This document shows positions 39,221 to 50,241 of a DNA stretch of 64,000 bases, piece after piece. Origin of the DNA: Neodothiora populina (taxonomy: Eukaryota); NCBI RefSeq assembly GCF_041146345.1, contig NW_027191413.1, positions 1,364,001 to 1,428,000 of the forward strand, written 5' to 3'. Each line of letters opens with the position of its first letter. The stretch's first letter is position 1. The notes beneath the pieces are model-generated. The model was not told the origin of the DNA. It did no database searches and saw only the letters and a list, made by a program, of their open reading frames with translations. A program made the position numbers and the translations under genes.

Positions 39221-41217
39221 GATTTTTTTCTTTTCCTTTCTGTTCATTGGTATGCAGTAGAAAGGAAGACTTTATGTGTATGGTTGTGTGATGTGCTTCA
39301 GGAGGAAGAGAGAGGGGGGGCGTGTTTTCTTTTTCTTTTTCTTTTCTCACAAATGTACGATTCTCTCTTGTCAGACAATGAAAAAAAAAACCTCCATCCC
39401 ATCTCCATTTATTCATGTCTCTAGCTATGTCTCTCTTTTCACGCGTCTTTCGTTTCTCGTTCCTGTCTGAACATCTCCTCTGTTTGCCTGTTCTTTTTTC
39501 CTTGAAATGTTCAGCTATCTATCTCGGACAAGGCACTCCCATCTACAGTAGACTCAAGGGCAGAACCAATGAAGGAAACATTGAAGGAAACAATAAAAGA
39601 CAGAGAGAAGAGAATGAAAACCACGACATACTACACATTATATGAAACATTCCATGACTCTATGAGACGAATAAAGAAGGACAGGAGGGCGAGGAAGAGA
39701 GACAGATCGGAACAATACTATCTGCTTCGGAGACGGAGAAAAGAGAGTCGACAGAGTAGTTCTTTGGCTCTAGCTAGATACGGGGTTGATCAGAAAAGAA
39801 AAGAGATGAGACGAGGACTTTATGCTCACGATCAAAGCCAAGTCCCATCTTACTCGGACGTCAAGTTCAACTCAAGTCGACTATCAAGTCCAACTCAAAA
39901 AGTCGAACGTCAAGATTGAGGTGAGAGGTGAAAGTCAAGACCCGAAATCAAGGTAAACGTCCCAACCAAGTCCGAGGCTGAGATCAAAGCGAAACGTCGA
40001 GATACGAGAAGACGATCAACCAGGTGGCGGCTTCGCCCCCATATAGACTGCGCGCAACGGTACGAGATCAGAAAGCATGCCAATCACAGAAAGAGAAGGA
40101 CCGTCGATGACGAAGAAACAGAAAGGACGGCGATGCTACCATGTCTTGTCTCATTTCACCTTGTCTTTGTCCATAGACTTATTAAGTCCTAGAAGGTAAA
40201 ATAAGGAAAGCACTATAGACAGCAAGATAGACAAAAGCCTGGACGGAAAGCATATCACCTCTCCCAGATCGTCAAATAACAATGTAACAATACAGTGGGA
40301 AGAAGGTAAGAGAGAGCGGGGGCCCGATGTGTAGAGGTACCTTACCTCAGAAAAATAGATCATCTTGGGAAGGTACAGTACGGTTTGGTTCACGGTCATG
40401 ATTGGGTTTACTGTGACAGTGGGCATTCAGAGGGAAAACAAGAGTGAGGTTTACCATGATAGTTGGGTTTTACAGTGATAATGAGCATCAGAATTGAAAA
40501 GGAAAGGGTGGGTTCGTGTGTTGGTTACCTTACCTTACTCTTGTCTCCTACTGGACTACCCAAGGTACCTTAGCTCAGGCACTAGGTGTACTGACTCGGG
40601 CTTTTCTGCGCCCTCTTTCTCGAGGAGAGTCGAATCTAGCCTTCGCTGTCGCGTCTGCATAGAGCGCTTTTCGATTCACTTCTCGCTTGGATCAGACGAG
40701 ATTTCTGGTTGTCTCGGTCTTTCGAGCTCTTCTCTCGTTTTTATCTTCTTCTTCGGTTCTTGTGGGCAGAGAGAATTTCCATGTCTTGGGCAAGGTAGAA
40801 TGAATAGAAGAAAAAAGGGCTTCGTTTCGGGAACAATTATATCAGCCTTTTTCCTTTTCTTTCTTGCTCACTTCCTCTCTCTGTCTCTCTCTGTCGTCTT
40901 CTTTTTCTCCCCCTCTCTCTCCCTTGGACTCTTTCTCTCAATCTTGCTTACTAGTAGGCGAACTAATAGAAGAACGAAAAAAAAACAAGAACAAGGGTTT
41001 CTAGGTTTGCGCATGTTGATGTGGGCGTGTGTGTATGTATAAAAGTGATTTCTTTTTTGTTCTTTACATTTCTCTCCTTCTCAGCCTCTCTTCCCTACTC
41101 GAAAAACACCTCCATCGTTGAGGTCGGAGAGGGTTGTTTCACTAGTTGTACAGAGCGCAGGATAAATTGGGGGGGGGGGGGTTCGCTTTCATTTCGGGAG
41201 GATTATTGAACATTTGT

Positions 41218-41796
41218 CTATGCTGACTCGGTGCTCTTGAGCCAAGCTTCGAGGTCGAAAGAAGGAGAGCTGAAGTCGGTGTTGGCTGGGAAATGAAGGG
41301 GTCAGCATAAGGACGCTTGTGCGGTTCGCGGGGGGTGCGACAGAGACAGGACAAGGCGGCGATTCGACACGGGCGCGCGCAGTTTTCTGTGCTCAGAAGG
41401 ACTGGAATGGCGTGGGAGAGGCGGAGAGCGAAACAAGATTTTGTCCTCAGACGGGCAGAAACATACCACTCGACTTGGACGACGAGTCCTTGGGGGCGTT
41501 CTTTCGTGCAAACTCGGCCTTTGCCTGGGAGATCAGGGACTGCTTGCGCTCATACTCCTGGGCGTTCTCTCTGAGCTTGTCGGCGGCGGAAATGGAGGCC
41601 TGGTGGGAGAAACCGTAGGCGACACCGAGAGCGAGCGCTGACCAGCGGAAGACCTGGGAAAGATTGTTATCGACACGTTCAGCGCCGGGCGGCGGCGGCG
41701 GCGCAAGTGAATTGACAGACGCAGCGACACGAGACACCGAGTCAATTGACTTGAAGGACGGACAGAGAAACGTACGTTGACACCGGTGGAGGTCAT
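41218..41796 (-). CDS. ATP21: Mitochondrial ATP synthase subunit e (Atp21/Tim11)
   Basis: Reads MTSTGVN|VFRWSALALGVAYGFSHQ...EYERKQSLISQAKAEF...SS|ANTDFSSPSFDLEAWLK, with a GxxxG-like TM segment. Introns at 41654-41775 and 41286-41466. Confidence 0.88.
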
Positions 41797-42696
41797 TGTG
41801 AATTTGTCAAGAGAGCTTGATTCCTCGTGAAACAGGGCGACAGATGGGGAGAATTGACGAGCGCTATCTATCGCAAGTCAAAGAAGAGGAGGAGGAAAGA
41901 GGAGAAGAGAGGAAAAAAGGGTGGATCGGTATTGCTGGTTGAATTGTACAGAGGAATGGGAGGAAGTACAGGTAGAGTAGAGTAAATGGCAGCAAAGCAG
42001 TCTTTGGGGATTTGGCCTTCTGCGCTATTGCGGCTCCCCTTCCTGGCGTCACTATAACAATAATACTGCACAGCTACACTATCACTAATTACTACTTTCT
42101 TAATACTCTATTCTCTCTCTCTCTTTTCCTGTCCGTCTCTCTCTGCCCCAGCCTGAGCTTCTTCTGCCTCCGTTGGCCGCCCGCCCGCCAATCAACCCAT
42201 CAAGCGAAGCAATCCACTCCAGCGACCAACCAGATACAGCTACGACACTCGCACTCGCCATGTCGGAGGCAGGATGCCGGCTTTCCCCGTTCTTTCCCTC
42301 TTTGCATGTCTTCCAGTGTTTGCACCGATTGCATCTCACTGCACAGGTCGTGTTTGCATACACTTATACACTTGAACACTATTGTTGATACATGTCTTAA
42401 TTATACATGCGAAGCTCTCGACGAACAATACATTACCTCACCTCGTCGTCGCCATATGTCTTCACAGCAATGAGAACTAGCTTCCTCTTCCTGTCAAAAC
42501 AATCGCCCTGTACTCCGATCAATTCCAAAAACAGAGAAGAGCTTATCAGGACGAGCAGCAGGTCTGCCTACCTCTGATACTAAAACATCTAAGCTTGCTT
42601 TGTTCATCCCGACGCTTGCAGCAGCAGCAGCGTTGAGCCATCAGTCGACTATCGAGCACAGAGAGGAGAGACTGGAGAAGAAACAAGAAGAGCAAG

Positions 42697-44784
42697 ATGT
42701 CTTCCTCTCTCCAGGCCCGCAAGGAGGAGATCCTGGCCAAAAAGGCCAAACTCGCCGAACTCAAGCGACAGCGTGAACTACGACAGCGCGAATTCAGCTC
42801 TCATCGATCGAGCGTGGGAGAAGGATCAGACATCCCTTCGCCCACTCCATCCCGCGCCAACAACCGCGCAGAGCTCGACAGCTTGATCTCGAGCCTCGTA
42901 GATCGACCGGGCCGCGAAGATTCACCGCGCAGTCGTCCCAATTCCCTCATCAGTCTAAGTCAGCAGAGCTACCAGGAAGGCGCAGACAGTCCCATCCGCC
43001 CGAGCACCGGCACTCTGTCACCTGCGCCCCTGACTACCACAGCCACGCAGACATTGGCCTTTGCACCGCTGACCACCGTCTATGATCTGCCTGCCTCGCC
43101 GAAGCAGCAGGTCATCACTTACAGCAAGGCCGTCCAGACCTCCGACGACTGGCCCGCCGAGAGACCAAAGACCCGCGATCACCAGTCCGCTTCCGAGGAT
43201 GAAGACCCTCCGACGCCCTCGCGCACCCGCAAGCGTTTGAGCAGACGAGAAAGAGAGCGCGACGAAGAGCTGAGACAGAACATCCGAAAAGAGATCGAAG
43301 ATGAACTGGCAGCTCTCAAGTCGTCAGAGCAGGACACGAAGCCGGAAGGCAAAAGCAAAGAGAACTTCCCCGCCCGCACTCTGACCAACGATGAGCTGAA
43401 CGCCGTCACCGCCTCTGACGACTTTTTCGATTTCGTCGAGCGCTCCACCAAAGTCATCGAGAGAGCGCTGGACGAAGAGTACGATGTTCTGATAGACTAC
43501 GCCATGAGAGGTCTGGGCGGCCTGGACGACGATGACGACGACGGCGGCGGCAACACGCGCACAAAGAAAGGCCGTCGCATACGAGAAGTTCACCAGTTTC
43601 AGGACGAGCGTTGGACCAAGGGTCGAATGATTAGTGATCTCGACTACTCTCTCAAGTATCCCGAACTGCTCTTGACCTCCTATACCAAATCTGCCGCCTC
43701 TGCACAGAGTGCTCGAGGCCTGGCTCTGATATGGAACTCTCACATGCCATCTCGACCCGAACACGTCTTCGCCGCGACAAGCGACATTCTGACTGCACGC
43801 TTCTCTCCCTATCATCCAAGCTTGGTGCTCGGGGGCACTTATTCAGGTCAAGTGTGTCTCTGGGATATCCGACAGCGCTCGCATGACGGTGCCCCTGTCC
43901 AGCGAACCCCACTCGCCGGAGAAAAGGGTGGTCACGCCCATCCCATCTACAGTGTTGCAGTCGTTGGCACACAGAATGCCAGCAGTATCGTCAGTGTCAG
44001 CACAGACGGCACAACTTGTGCCTGGACCTTTGACATGCTCTCGAAGCCCCAGGAGTATCTCGAACTCATGTCACCACCTGGCAGGAGCCGGACTGACGAC
44101 ATTGCTCCCACTTGCATCAGCTTTCCTCGCTCTGACCCTACATATTTCCTGGCCGGCACGGAAGAGGGCAGCATTGTTCCTGTGCATCGTTATGATCGCG
44201 CCGGTGCGAAGGCAGGGGTCGATCTCAGCGTTTTGTACGGTGGTCACGCTGCACCTGTGACCGGTCTCGACTTCCATCCCAGCAAGGGCAAGGTTGATCT
44301 TGGAGATCTGGTCATCAGCTCTTCGCTAGACTGGAGCGTCAAGGTTTGGCGTGTCAAGCCACCGAGCACAGCAGTTGCCGACAGCGTCGTGCAGGCCGAG
44401 CGATCCATCCTCGACATTATGCGTGAAGACGTCGTCTATGATGTCAAATGGTCACCGACAAGACCAGGAATCTTCGGTCTTGTCGACGGTGCCGGCAGAT
44501 TGGAGATTTTCGATGTCAATGTGGACGTCGAGGTGCCTGTCGCTCGCGCCGAGCCCAGCCATACCAAGGGCGATGTCTTTGGCATTAAGAGTCTGAACAA
44601 GCTTGCTTGGGACAATAATGACGGAAAGAGAGTAGCCGTCGGCGGTCTGGACGGCATTGCTACAGTCTTCGAGGTCGGTAGTGATCTGGGTGGACCAGAG
44701 GTCAACGCCAAGGGAGATGACTGGATGGGCATGAAGCGTCTTGTGGCGAGACTGGACAAGAGCAGAGAGTCTGATGGACGGTGA
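42697..44784 (+). CDS. nudI: Cytoplasmic dynein intermediate chain (WD40; NudI/Pac11)
   Basis: N-terminal coiled coil QARKEEILAKKAKLAELKRQRELR, ITYSKAVQT, DFVERSTKVIERALDEEYDVL, and WD repeats (GGTYSGQVCLWD, SSSLDWSVKVW, DVKWSP). Single exon of 695 aa. Confidence 0.93.
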   Translation: MSSSLQARKEEILAKKAKLAELKRQRELRQREFSSHRSSVGEGSDIPSPTPSRANNRAELDSLISSLVDRPGREDSPRSRPNSLISLSQQSYQEGADSPIRPSTGTLSPAPLTTTATQTLAFAPLTTVYDLPASPKQQVITYSKAVQTSDDWPAERPKTRDHQSASEDEDPPTPSRTRKRLSRRERERDEELRQNIRKEIEDELAALKSSEQDTKPEGKSKENFPARTLTNDELNAVTASDDFFDFVERSTKVIERALDEEYDVLIDYAMRGLGGLDDDDDDGGGNTRTKKGRRIREVHQFQDERWTKGRMISDLDYSLKYPELLLTSYTKSAASAQSARGLALIWNSHMPSRPEHVFAATSDILTARFSPYHPSLVLGGTYSGQVCLWDIRQRSHDGAPVQRTPLAGEKGGHAHPIYSVAVVGTQNASSIVSVSTDGTTCAWTFDMLSKPQEYLELMSPPGRSRTDDIAPTCISFPRSDPTYFLAGTEEGSIVPVHRYDRAGAKAGVDLSVLYGGHAAPVTGLDFHPSKGKVDLGDLVISSSLDWSVKVWRVKPPSTAVADSVVQAERSILDIMREDVVYDVKWSPTRPGIFGLVDGAGRLEIFDVNVDVEVPVARAEPSHTKGDVFGIKSLNKLAWDNNDGKRVAVGGLDGIATVFEVGSDLGGPEVNAKGDDWMGMKRLVARLDKSRESDGR

Positions 44785-45326
44785 ATTTTGTGTGCCTGTG
44801 TCTTTTCTCTTCGTTGTGCTTTTTGTGCAGCTGGCGATACCGTTGATACCCCCTCATCCTCGTTCTCTTTTTGTACCGGTATATCGCCTTTTCCACCCCC
44901 ATTCGACTCCAAATATATACCCTTTCCCCCTTTTTCGCTTCTGTCCCACTATGACTCGTGTTGCACTCCTCGACATGAGCTTGCTGTACTCGTAGCTCTG
45001 GATTGTAATTTCCCACTACTTCCACAACAGTAGCTGAGACATGAAAGAAACCCCTTGCTTCAATGGACAAGTCACGCGTTTGTTTATGATGTCGGAACAT
45101 ATTCCTCCTGTGTCAAATCTATACACAACCTAGCTGACCTTCATTTCCCGACCTTCGCTACATATGTCCGTTGTTTTGTTATTTGGTGTCATTCCGCCAA
45201 GTCACTCTACACACTCTTTTCTTCCTTCCCCCTTTACTTCCATCTCTTTCGCTTCCCTCTCGATTGAATCTCCAACACACCAGCATCTCTACCTCTCCGC
45301 GTGCGTGCAGGATCCAGACATAGAAT

Positions 45327-46359
45327 ATGAAACCCTCCATCGCTGCCACCTTGGCATTTATCGCGCAACTAGCTCCTTTTTCAAGCCTCGTCGCGGCTCA
45401 GCAATCCACTGCTGCTGCTGCTGCTGCTCCATCTCTATTCTTCACATCTACGTCTTCTGTTGTTGTTGCTGGGCAGGATGCTGTGTTGGGGTATAGCGCG
45501 AGGGAGCTGGATGTGCCCGTTACTATCACTTTGCGTAAAGGTGATCCGAGGAGTTTGGAGACGGTTTCTGTTTTGACTGGTGAGTGATTGCTTCCTTGTT
45601 TTCCTCTTTCTCCCCCCCCCCCTCTCTCTCTCTCTCTTTCTCTTTCTCTTCTACCTAGACATTACTCCACCACTTCCTCAGATACACCCTCTCGCTATCG
45701 TCGAGAAGGTCATTTAATAACACGAACCTGCAGAAACCGCAACAAACGGCACCTGGACCTGGCAAGACCCCCCTTCGACACTCATGAACGCTCAAGACTA
45801 CGCTTTCGAGATCCAGCAGGGTGATGAAGTCAATTACTCTGCTGGGTTCAGTTTTACTGGCGGGTCTAACACTCCTAGTCCTCCTACTACTGCTGCTTCT
45901 TCATGGACGCCTGCAGAAGCTGGGTATACAATTACAACAACAGAGCCCTGCTCGACTTTAACGCAGACTCATGCGCCTGGTCGCGGTGTTAATGTGCCGT
46001 TCTATCCTGTAGTCCGGCTCAATGGCACGAATGGGACTCTTGGGACCGGAACGGGAGTGAGTCCGGGTAGTACGGCGACGGTGATTAATCCTGGTGGACC
46101 GATTAGGAATGCGACTCCTTTTTTTGTGCCTACTACTGCTTCTGCTTCTTCTTCTTCTTCTTCTTCTTCTTCTTCTTCTTCTTCTTCTTCTTCTTCTCCG
46201 CCAGGCGCTGGTACCACTTCTTCTCTTCTGGGAAGTAGTACGTCTGGGCCTGGTGGTGTTTCGTCTTCCGCCGCTTCTGCTGCTGGCGCTGCTAGATGTG
46301 GGTTGTTCTTCAATGTCGCTTTGCTCGTATTCGTGGGATTCTGGACAGGAGGGAGATGA
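45327..46359 (+). CDS. Secreted, probably GPI-anchored Ser/Thr-rich cell-wall protein with a Kre9/Knh1-like N-terminal domain
   Basis: Signal peptide, then VTITLRKGDPRSL...|ETATNGTWTWQDPPSTL...DYAFEIQQGDEVNYSAGF (intron 45580-45733), an S/T-rich stalk and a hydrophobic C-terminus. Confidence 0.8.
46141..46197 (+). repeat. (TCT)n coding microsatellite encoding poly-Ser
   Basis: About 17 consecutive TCT codons. Confidence 0.9.
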
Positions 46360-47434
46360 GGAGGAGTTCGCTGGGAATTTCGGTATTATTTTCTTGGGAG
46401 TCTTAGGTGTCTTTTGTAGTATTTGAAAGTCCGAGGGAAAGACAGAGAGGGAGTGAGCGAGCGAGTCATAACACAGAGAAGAGGAGTGATACCAAAAGGG
46501 GGGATATACTTCTTGGACGATGACGGCTTCGGTCCTTCTCCTATTGTTTTTGCTATCCTCCTTTTTCATTCCTTTTTCACTTTTCCTTCCCTTTTCTCTC
46601 TCTATAGTATGGGTGGTCCTTGTATGACCGGAATCGACGTAATGCTTCTATCCTCATTACTATTCCTAAGTTTCTGACTCACTGTCTCTGTTCACTTGAA
46701 GCATATATCCACGCTTGTCATGTCTGCACTTAGTTGTAGTATCTACACTTATCCATCGCATGTACTGTATATTTATTCATCACTCACGCGTTTCTATGGT
46801 CGTCTCCTAGCAGCGAACCACTCTTCCACTGACAAAACCCAGAGCTAGAGAATCTCACAGTGGGCACTAGAGTGATACTGCTGTATCTTACTGGACTCAC
46901 ATATAAATTCACAGTAGTCATTTCTGTCATCATGTATATGAGACAATCACTTCTCAGTCCCAGTCCACCAGTGAGGGCAGCGACATTGCCCAGAGAGAAC
47001 ACAGGAGATAATCGGCAGAGAGGACCTCTCTGTCACAGACCTCCTCGATACCCAGCCTTTAACACAGCTTCAACTTGAGGACATGGGCGATTACTTGTCT
47101 TTAATTGTCAGCAACGACACAACTCATGATCACGCGTAGGCAGCGCTACTGGCAGACTAGGTCTACAGGGCAGATGGCGTGAATATAATCGATACAAGTC
47201 CAATGCTGAACAGCAAAATTTATATAGCTGATATGAAGGGTACGCACCTGGACTCGGCCTTGCAAACAGATCACAGTATCCACCTCAGGTCATGGTTGAC
47301 CTTTCCAAATGAACCTGGTATGACGCAAAACGACTCTAGTTAGTGCATCATCATCATCATCATCCATCATCATCATCATTATTATCATAATGGTGTATAC
47401 TGTACTAAGCCAAGGCAAGACAAAGGCTGCCAGA

Positions 47435-47616
47435 TACAAACCAGCTCGGTTTTAATGAATGGCCCTCTGTTGAACAGTCAACGGCTGTCTATTGAGGAGT
47501 GAATGACTCTCTGTTAAACGGTCGACAAGTCTCTGATGAAAGGTCAATGATTTCTTGATGTTCAGCTAATGATCGCTCGGTGAGTATTCAATGAAATAGG
47601 AACGAGCTCTGTTGCG
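47435..47616 (+). mobile_element. TIR + 22-bp-array element (copy 8)
   Basis: Left end TACAAACCAGCTCGGTTTTAATGA, right end TCAATGAAATAGGAACGAGCTCTGTTGCG. Six to seven 22-bp units, e.g. GGTCAATGATTTCTTGATGTTC. Confidence 0.65.
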
Positions 47617-48167
47617 GTATCTTGTGGTCTGGTACGGTAAGCTCGAGGTGAAGTACTGTACAGTACCTATTTTACCTTCTTCCCTTGGCTTTCTTACAGT
47701 ACCTTGCCTTATTTACGGTACCTTGTCCAGCCTCCTTGCCCATAAAGAACTAAACTGAAGTAGTCGTACTGTGCAGTACTCCACTCTGCAACTCACTCTT
47801 GGAGAATATTTGATGAAGCGTCTGCCTTGAGACAATCCATAGCGGTGTCTTGTCACTTCGCCTTGGTCTACTTGGAGACTTTGCTGAGTTGTCTGCCGTG
47901 AGATTGTCTTTAGCATTCGCCTTACGAAGTACCTCTATATGGTACTGCTGAGGCTTTTGGGCGTGGGTAAGTATCTACGGCTGCTCTTGAGGCTTGAGTG
48001 TGGCTTTAGGCAGCTCTTTATTTTTGTTCTACTTCTTCCCTTCTGTTTCTTTTATGACGGTTGCTCGCTGCGAATCCGCAAGACATGTCGAAGTGCGATC
48101 AATGGATGATACTGCTCGGAACTCATTCTCTGATTACTATCGAGATCGCTTGCGATAGACCACAACC

Positions 48168-49432
48168 ATGACTTCATTGCTAGGACTCAAACCTCACCTC
48201 ATCCACTTCCTCAGCTCTCATCTTCCTCCCTCAATCCACTCTGTCCTCTTCCTCAAAACACACTCTGTCCTGCTCCCGATCCTGACATACTACACCCCAC
48301 CCTCTTCGCACTCATCATATTAGCTCAGTCCTTCCCGCCATCACAATCACGAATCCTGATAACAGCCCCCCTGGTGGGATTCGTGACTTTGCAGTTCACA
48401 TGTCACGAGTGGACGGGAAACACGGAGGAAAAAAGAATGGCTGCGGGAGCGGCGATTTGGGTTCTGAACTTCTCTCGACGTTGGTGTTTTTCCACCGCAA
48501 ATCCAGGCTTTCGACAATCGAAGAGAATGACTAATTCATGTCTAATCGCTATAGCAAGTACCTCATAGATCGACTGGTCAGAATGACACTAGCCCACGTC
48601 CTCAATGCGGGCCTGATTCACTACATCATCAGCACCCCCTTCGCTGGAGTTGCAGGAAGTGGCAAACAGCTCCACTCACTGAAAACTGCATCACTACGTG
48701 AGCAGTTCACATTCTCTGCGGTCATGATCGCGATGCAGTATCTTGGTCTGGCATTCATGGGGGATTGCTACAACGCGTTGGCAGTATTGCTCAATCTTGC
48801 TGAACCTCATCAATGTCGACCGCTTGTTGGAAGCCTCACAGCTGCGTATACTGTTCGCAACGCTTGGTCGTAAGAGGCGTTTCCGCAAACCCTTCTGCAT
48901 TGCTGCTTGTTACTAATGAATAACAGCGTTACATGGCATCAACTCTTTCGTAGGGTATATATATCCTCATCTGAAGCATTTTGGCCGACGCCTACTGAGC
49001 AATTGACAGACTCTTACCTGGCCAGGAAACACTCTAGCATTCGACATCTTCCATCTCCCCAGAAGATCCAACCTCGCCAGAAACATACGCATCTTCATAG
49101 CCTTCACAACCAGCGCCATACTGCACGCAATCGGCATGTATCTAGTTTCAGGCCAAGGTTTCCGCGTCAATATCCTTGTCTTCACCACTCAGCCGCTGGC
49201 AATTCTGTTCGAGCAGAAAGTCATTGCAGCAGGCCAATATTTTGGTTTGCGCGGTGGTTTGTTATGTCGTATGATCGGCTATCTGTGGACGTCTGCTTGG
49301 ATCCTGGGCTCTTCGAGCTTGTTGTGGAAGAAGGACGACGCGCGCTCTGATGGCCGCGTCTTGATGGTTCCCTGGAGACCTCATGATCTGATGGGTGTAG
49401 GTTGGCTGATGGATGCTTGGTCGCAGCGATAG
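48168..49432 (+). pseudogene. Wax synthase / MBOAT_2 membrane-bound O-acyltransferase, probably disabled
   Basis: The spliced C-terminal half reads CRPLVGSLTAAYTVRNAWS|VTWHQLFRR|TLTWPG...FIAFTTSAILHAIG...QPLAILFE...IGYLWTSAW (introns 48870-48926 and 48955-49009). The N-terminal part needs a frameshift near 48297, and the splice at 48480/48554 is out of phase. Confidence 0.65.
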
Positions 49433-49679
49433 CCGTCTCTGCTAAAACTTCCGCTCATTGTTATTCTATTGATAGATGAATGTCGACAATACTTGATAGC
49501 AGTGGACCTGTATGTGACATTTGGTAATAATGGTTGTGCCATCAATAAGGTATACAACGTCAGACTGGCTCGGTAAGGGAAGGTACGGTACCCCCTGTTC
49601 ACCTCTGCTTTTGGTACCTGCTTCTTCTGAAACATTGCGGTGCGATGGGGACCCTGTCCATTTCACATCATATTCACCT

Positions 49680-49780
49680 TGCTTTACTTTACTTCGCTTT
49701 ACTCTGTTTTGCTTTGCTTTGCATTACAGTATTCACTTTGCTTTGCTTTTTGTTTACTTTGCCTCACCTCAGCTTACTTG
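49680..49780. repeat. Degenerate pentanucleotide microsatellite (CTTTG/CTTTA)n
   Basis: Reads gctttactttacttcgctttactctgttttgctttgctttgc...ctttgctttgc. Confidence 0.7.
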
Positions 49781-49970
49781 GGTGCAAAGTGAGGCCCGCA
49801 TCAATACTACATGTACAGTGAAGTAGCAAGATCCCGAGACTCAAGTAAACGCTTGACCGTCGAGATATTTATGCATATCGCCTTGTGCTCCGTCAGCACA
49901 GCCTGCTACGCTACAGTGATCTGAAAATACATTGCTTTTCCTTTTCGATCGACCATTATACATGAATAGC

Positions 49971-50210
49971 TCAAGCATACAAGTCATCGTCGGCCGCCGC
50001 AGCATCGCCGAACCCGGCTTCATCATACTCGGCGTCTGCATCGACTGCTACCCCCTTGCCTTTGCCTTTACCTTTTGCTTTCCCCTCGTCGTCTTGCACG
50101 GGCGGTGCTTTCCCTTTGCCCTTTCCGGACCCGTTCAGTGATAAGTGGTCCGTCTTGATGATGTAGTCGTCGTCGTCGTCTTGGTCGTCGGGTTTGGTGG
50201 CGCGCACGCG

Positions 50211-50241
<31 letters not shown>

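Noticed and set aside
40494..41042. 182-aa hydrophobic ORF
   Set aside because: It is a translation of CT/T-rich low-complexity sequence with a TTG start and no family motif.
45958..46569. Poly-Arg, poly-Glu and poly-Leu ORFs
   Set aside because: These are alternative-frame or antisense readings of the (TCT)n poly-Ser tract in the GPI protein gene.
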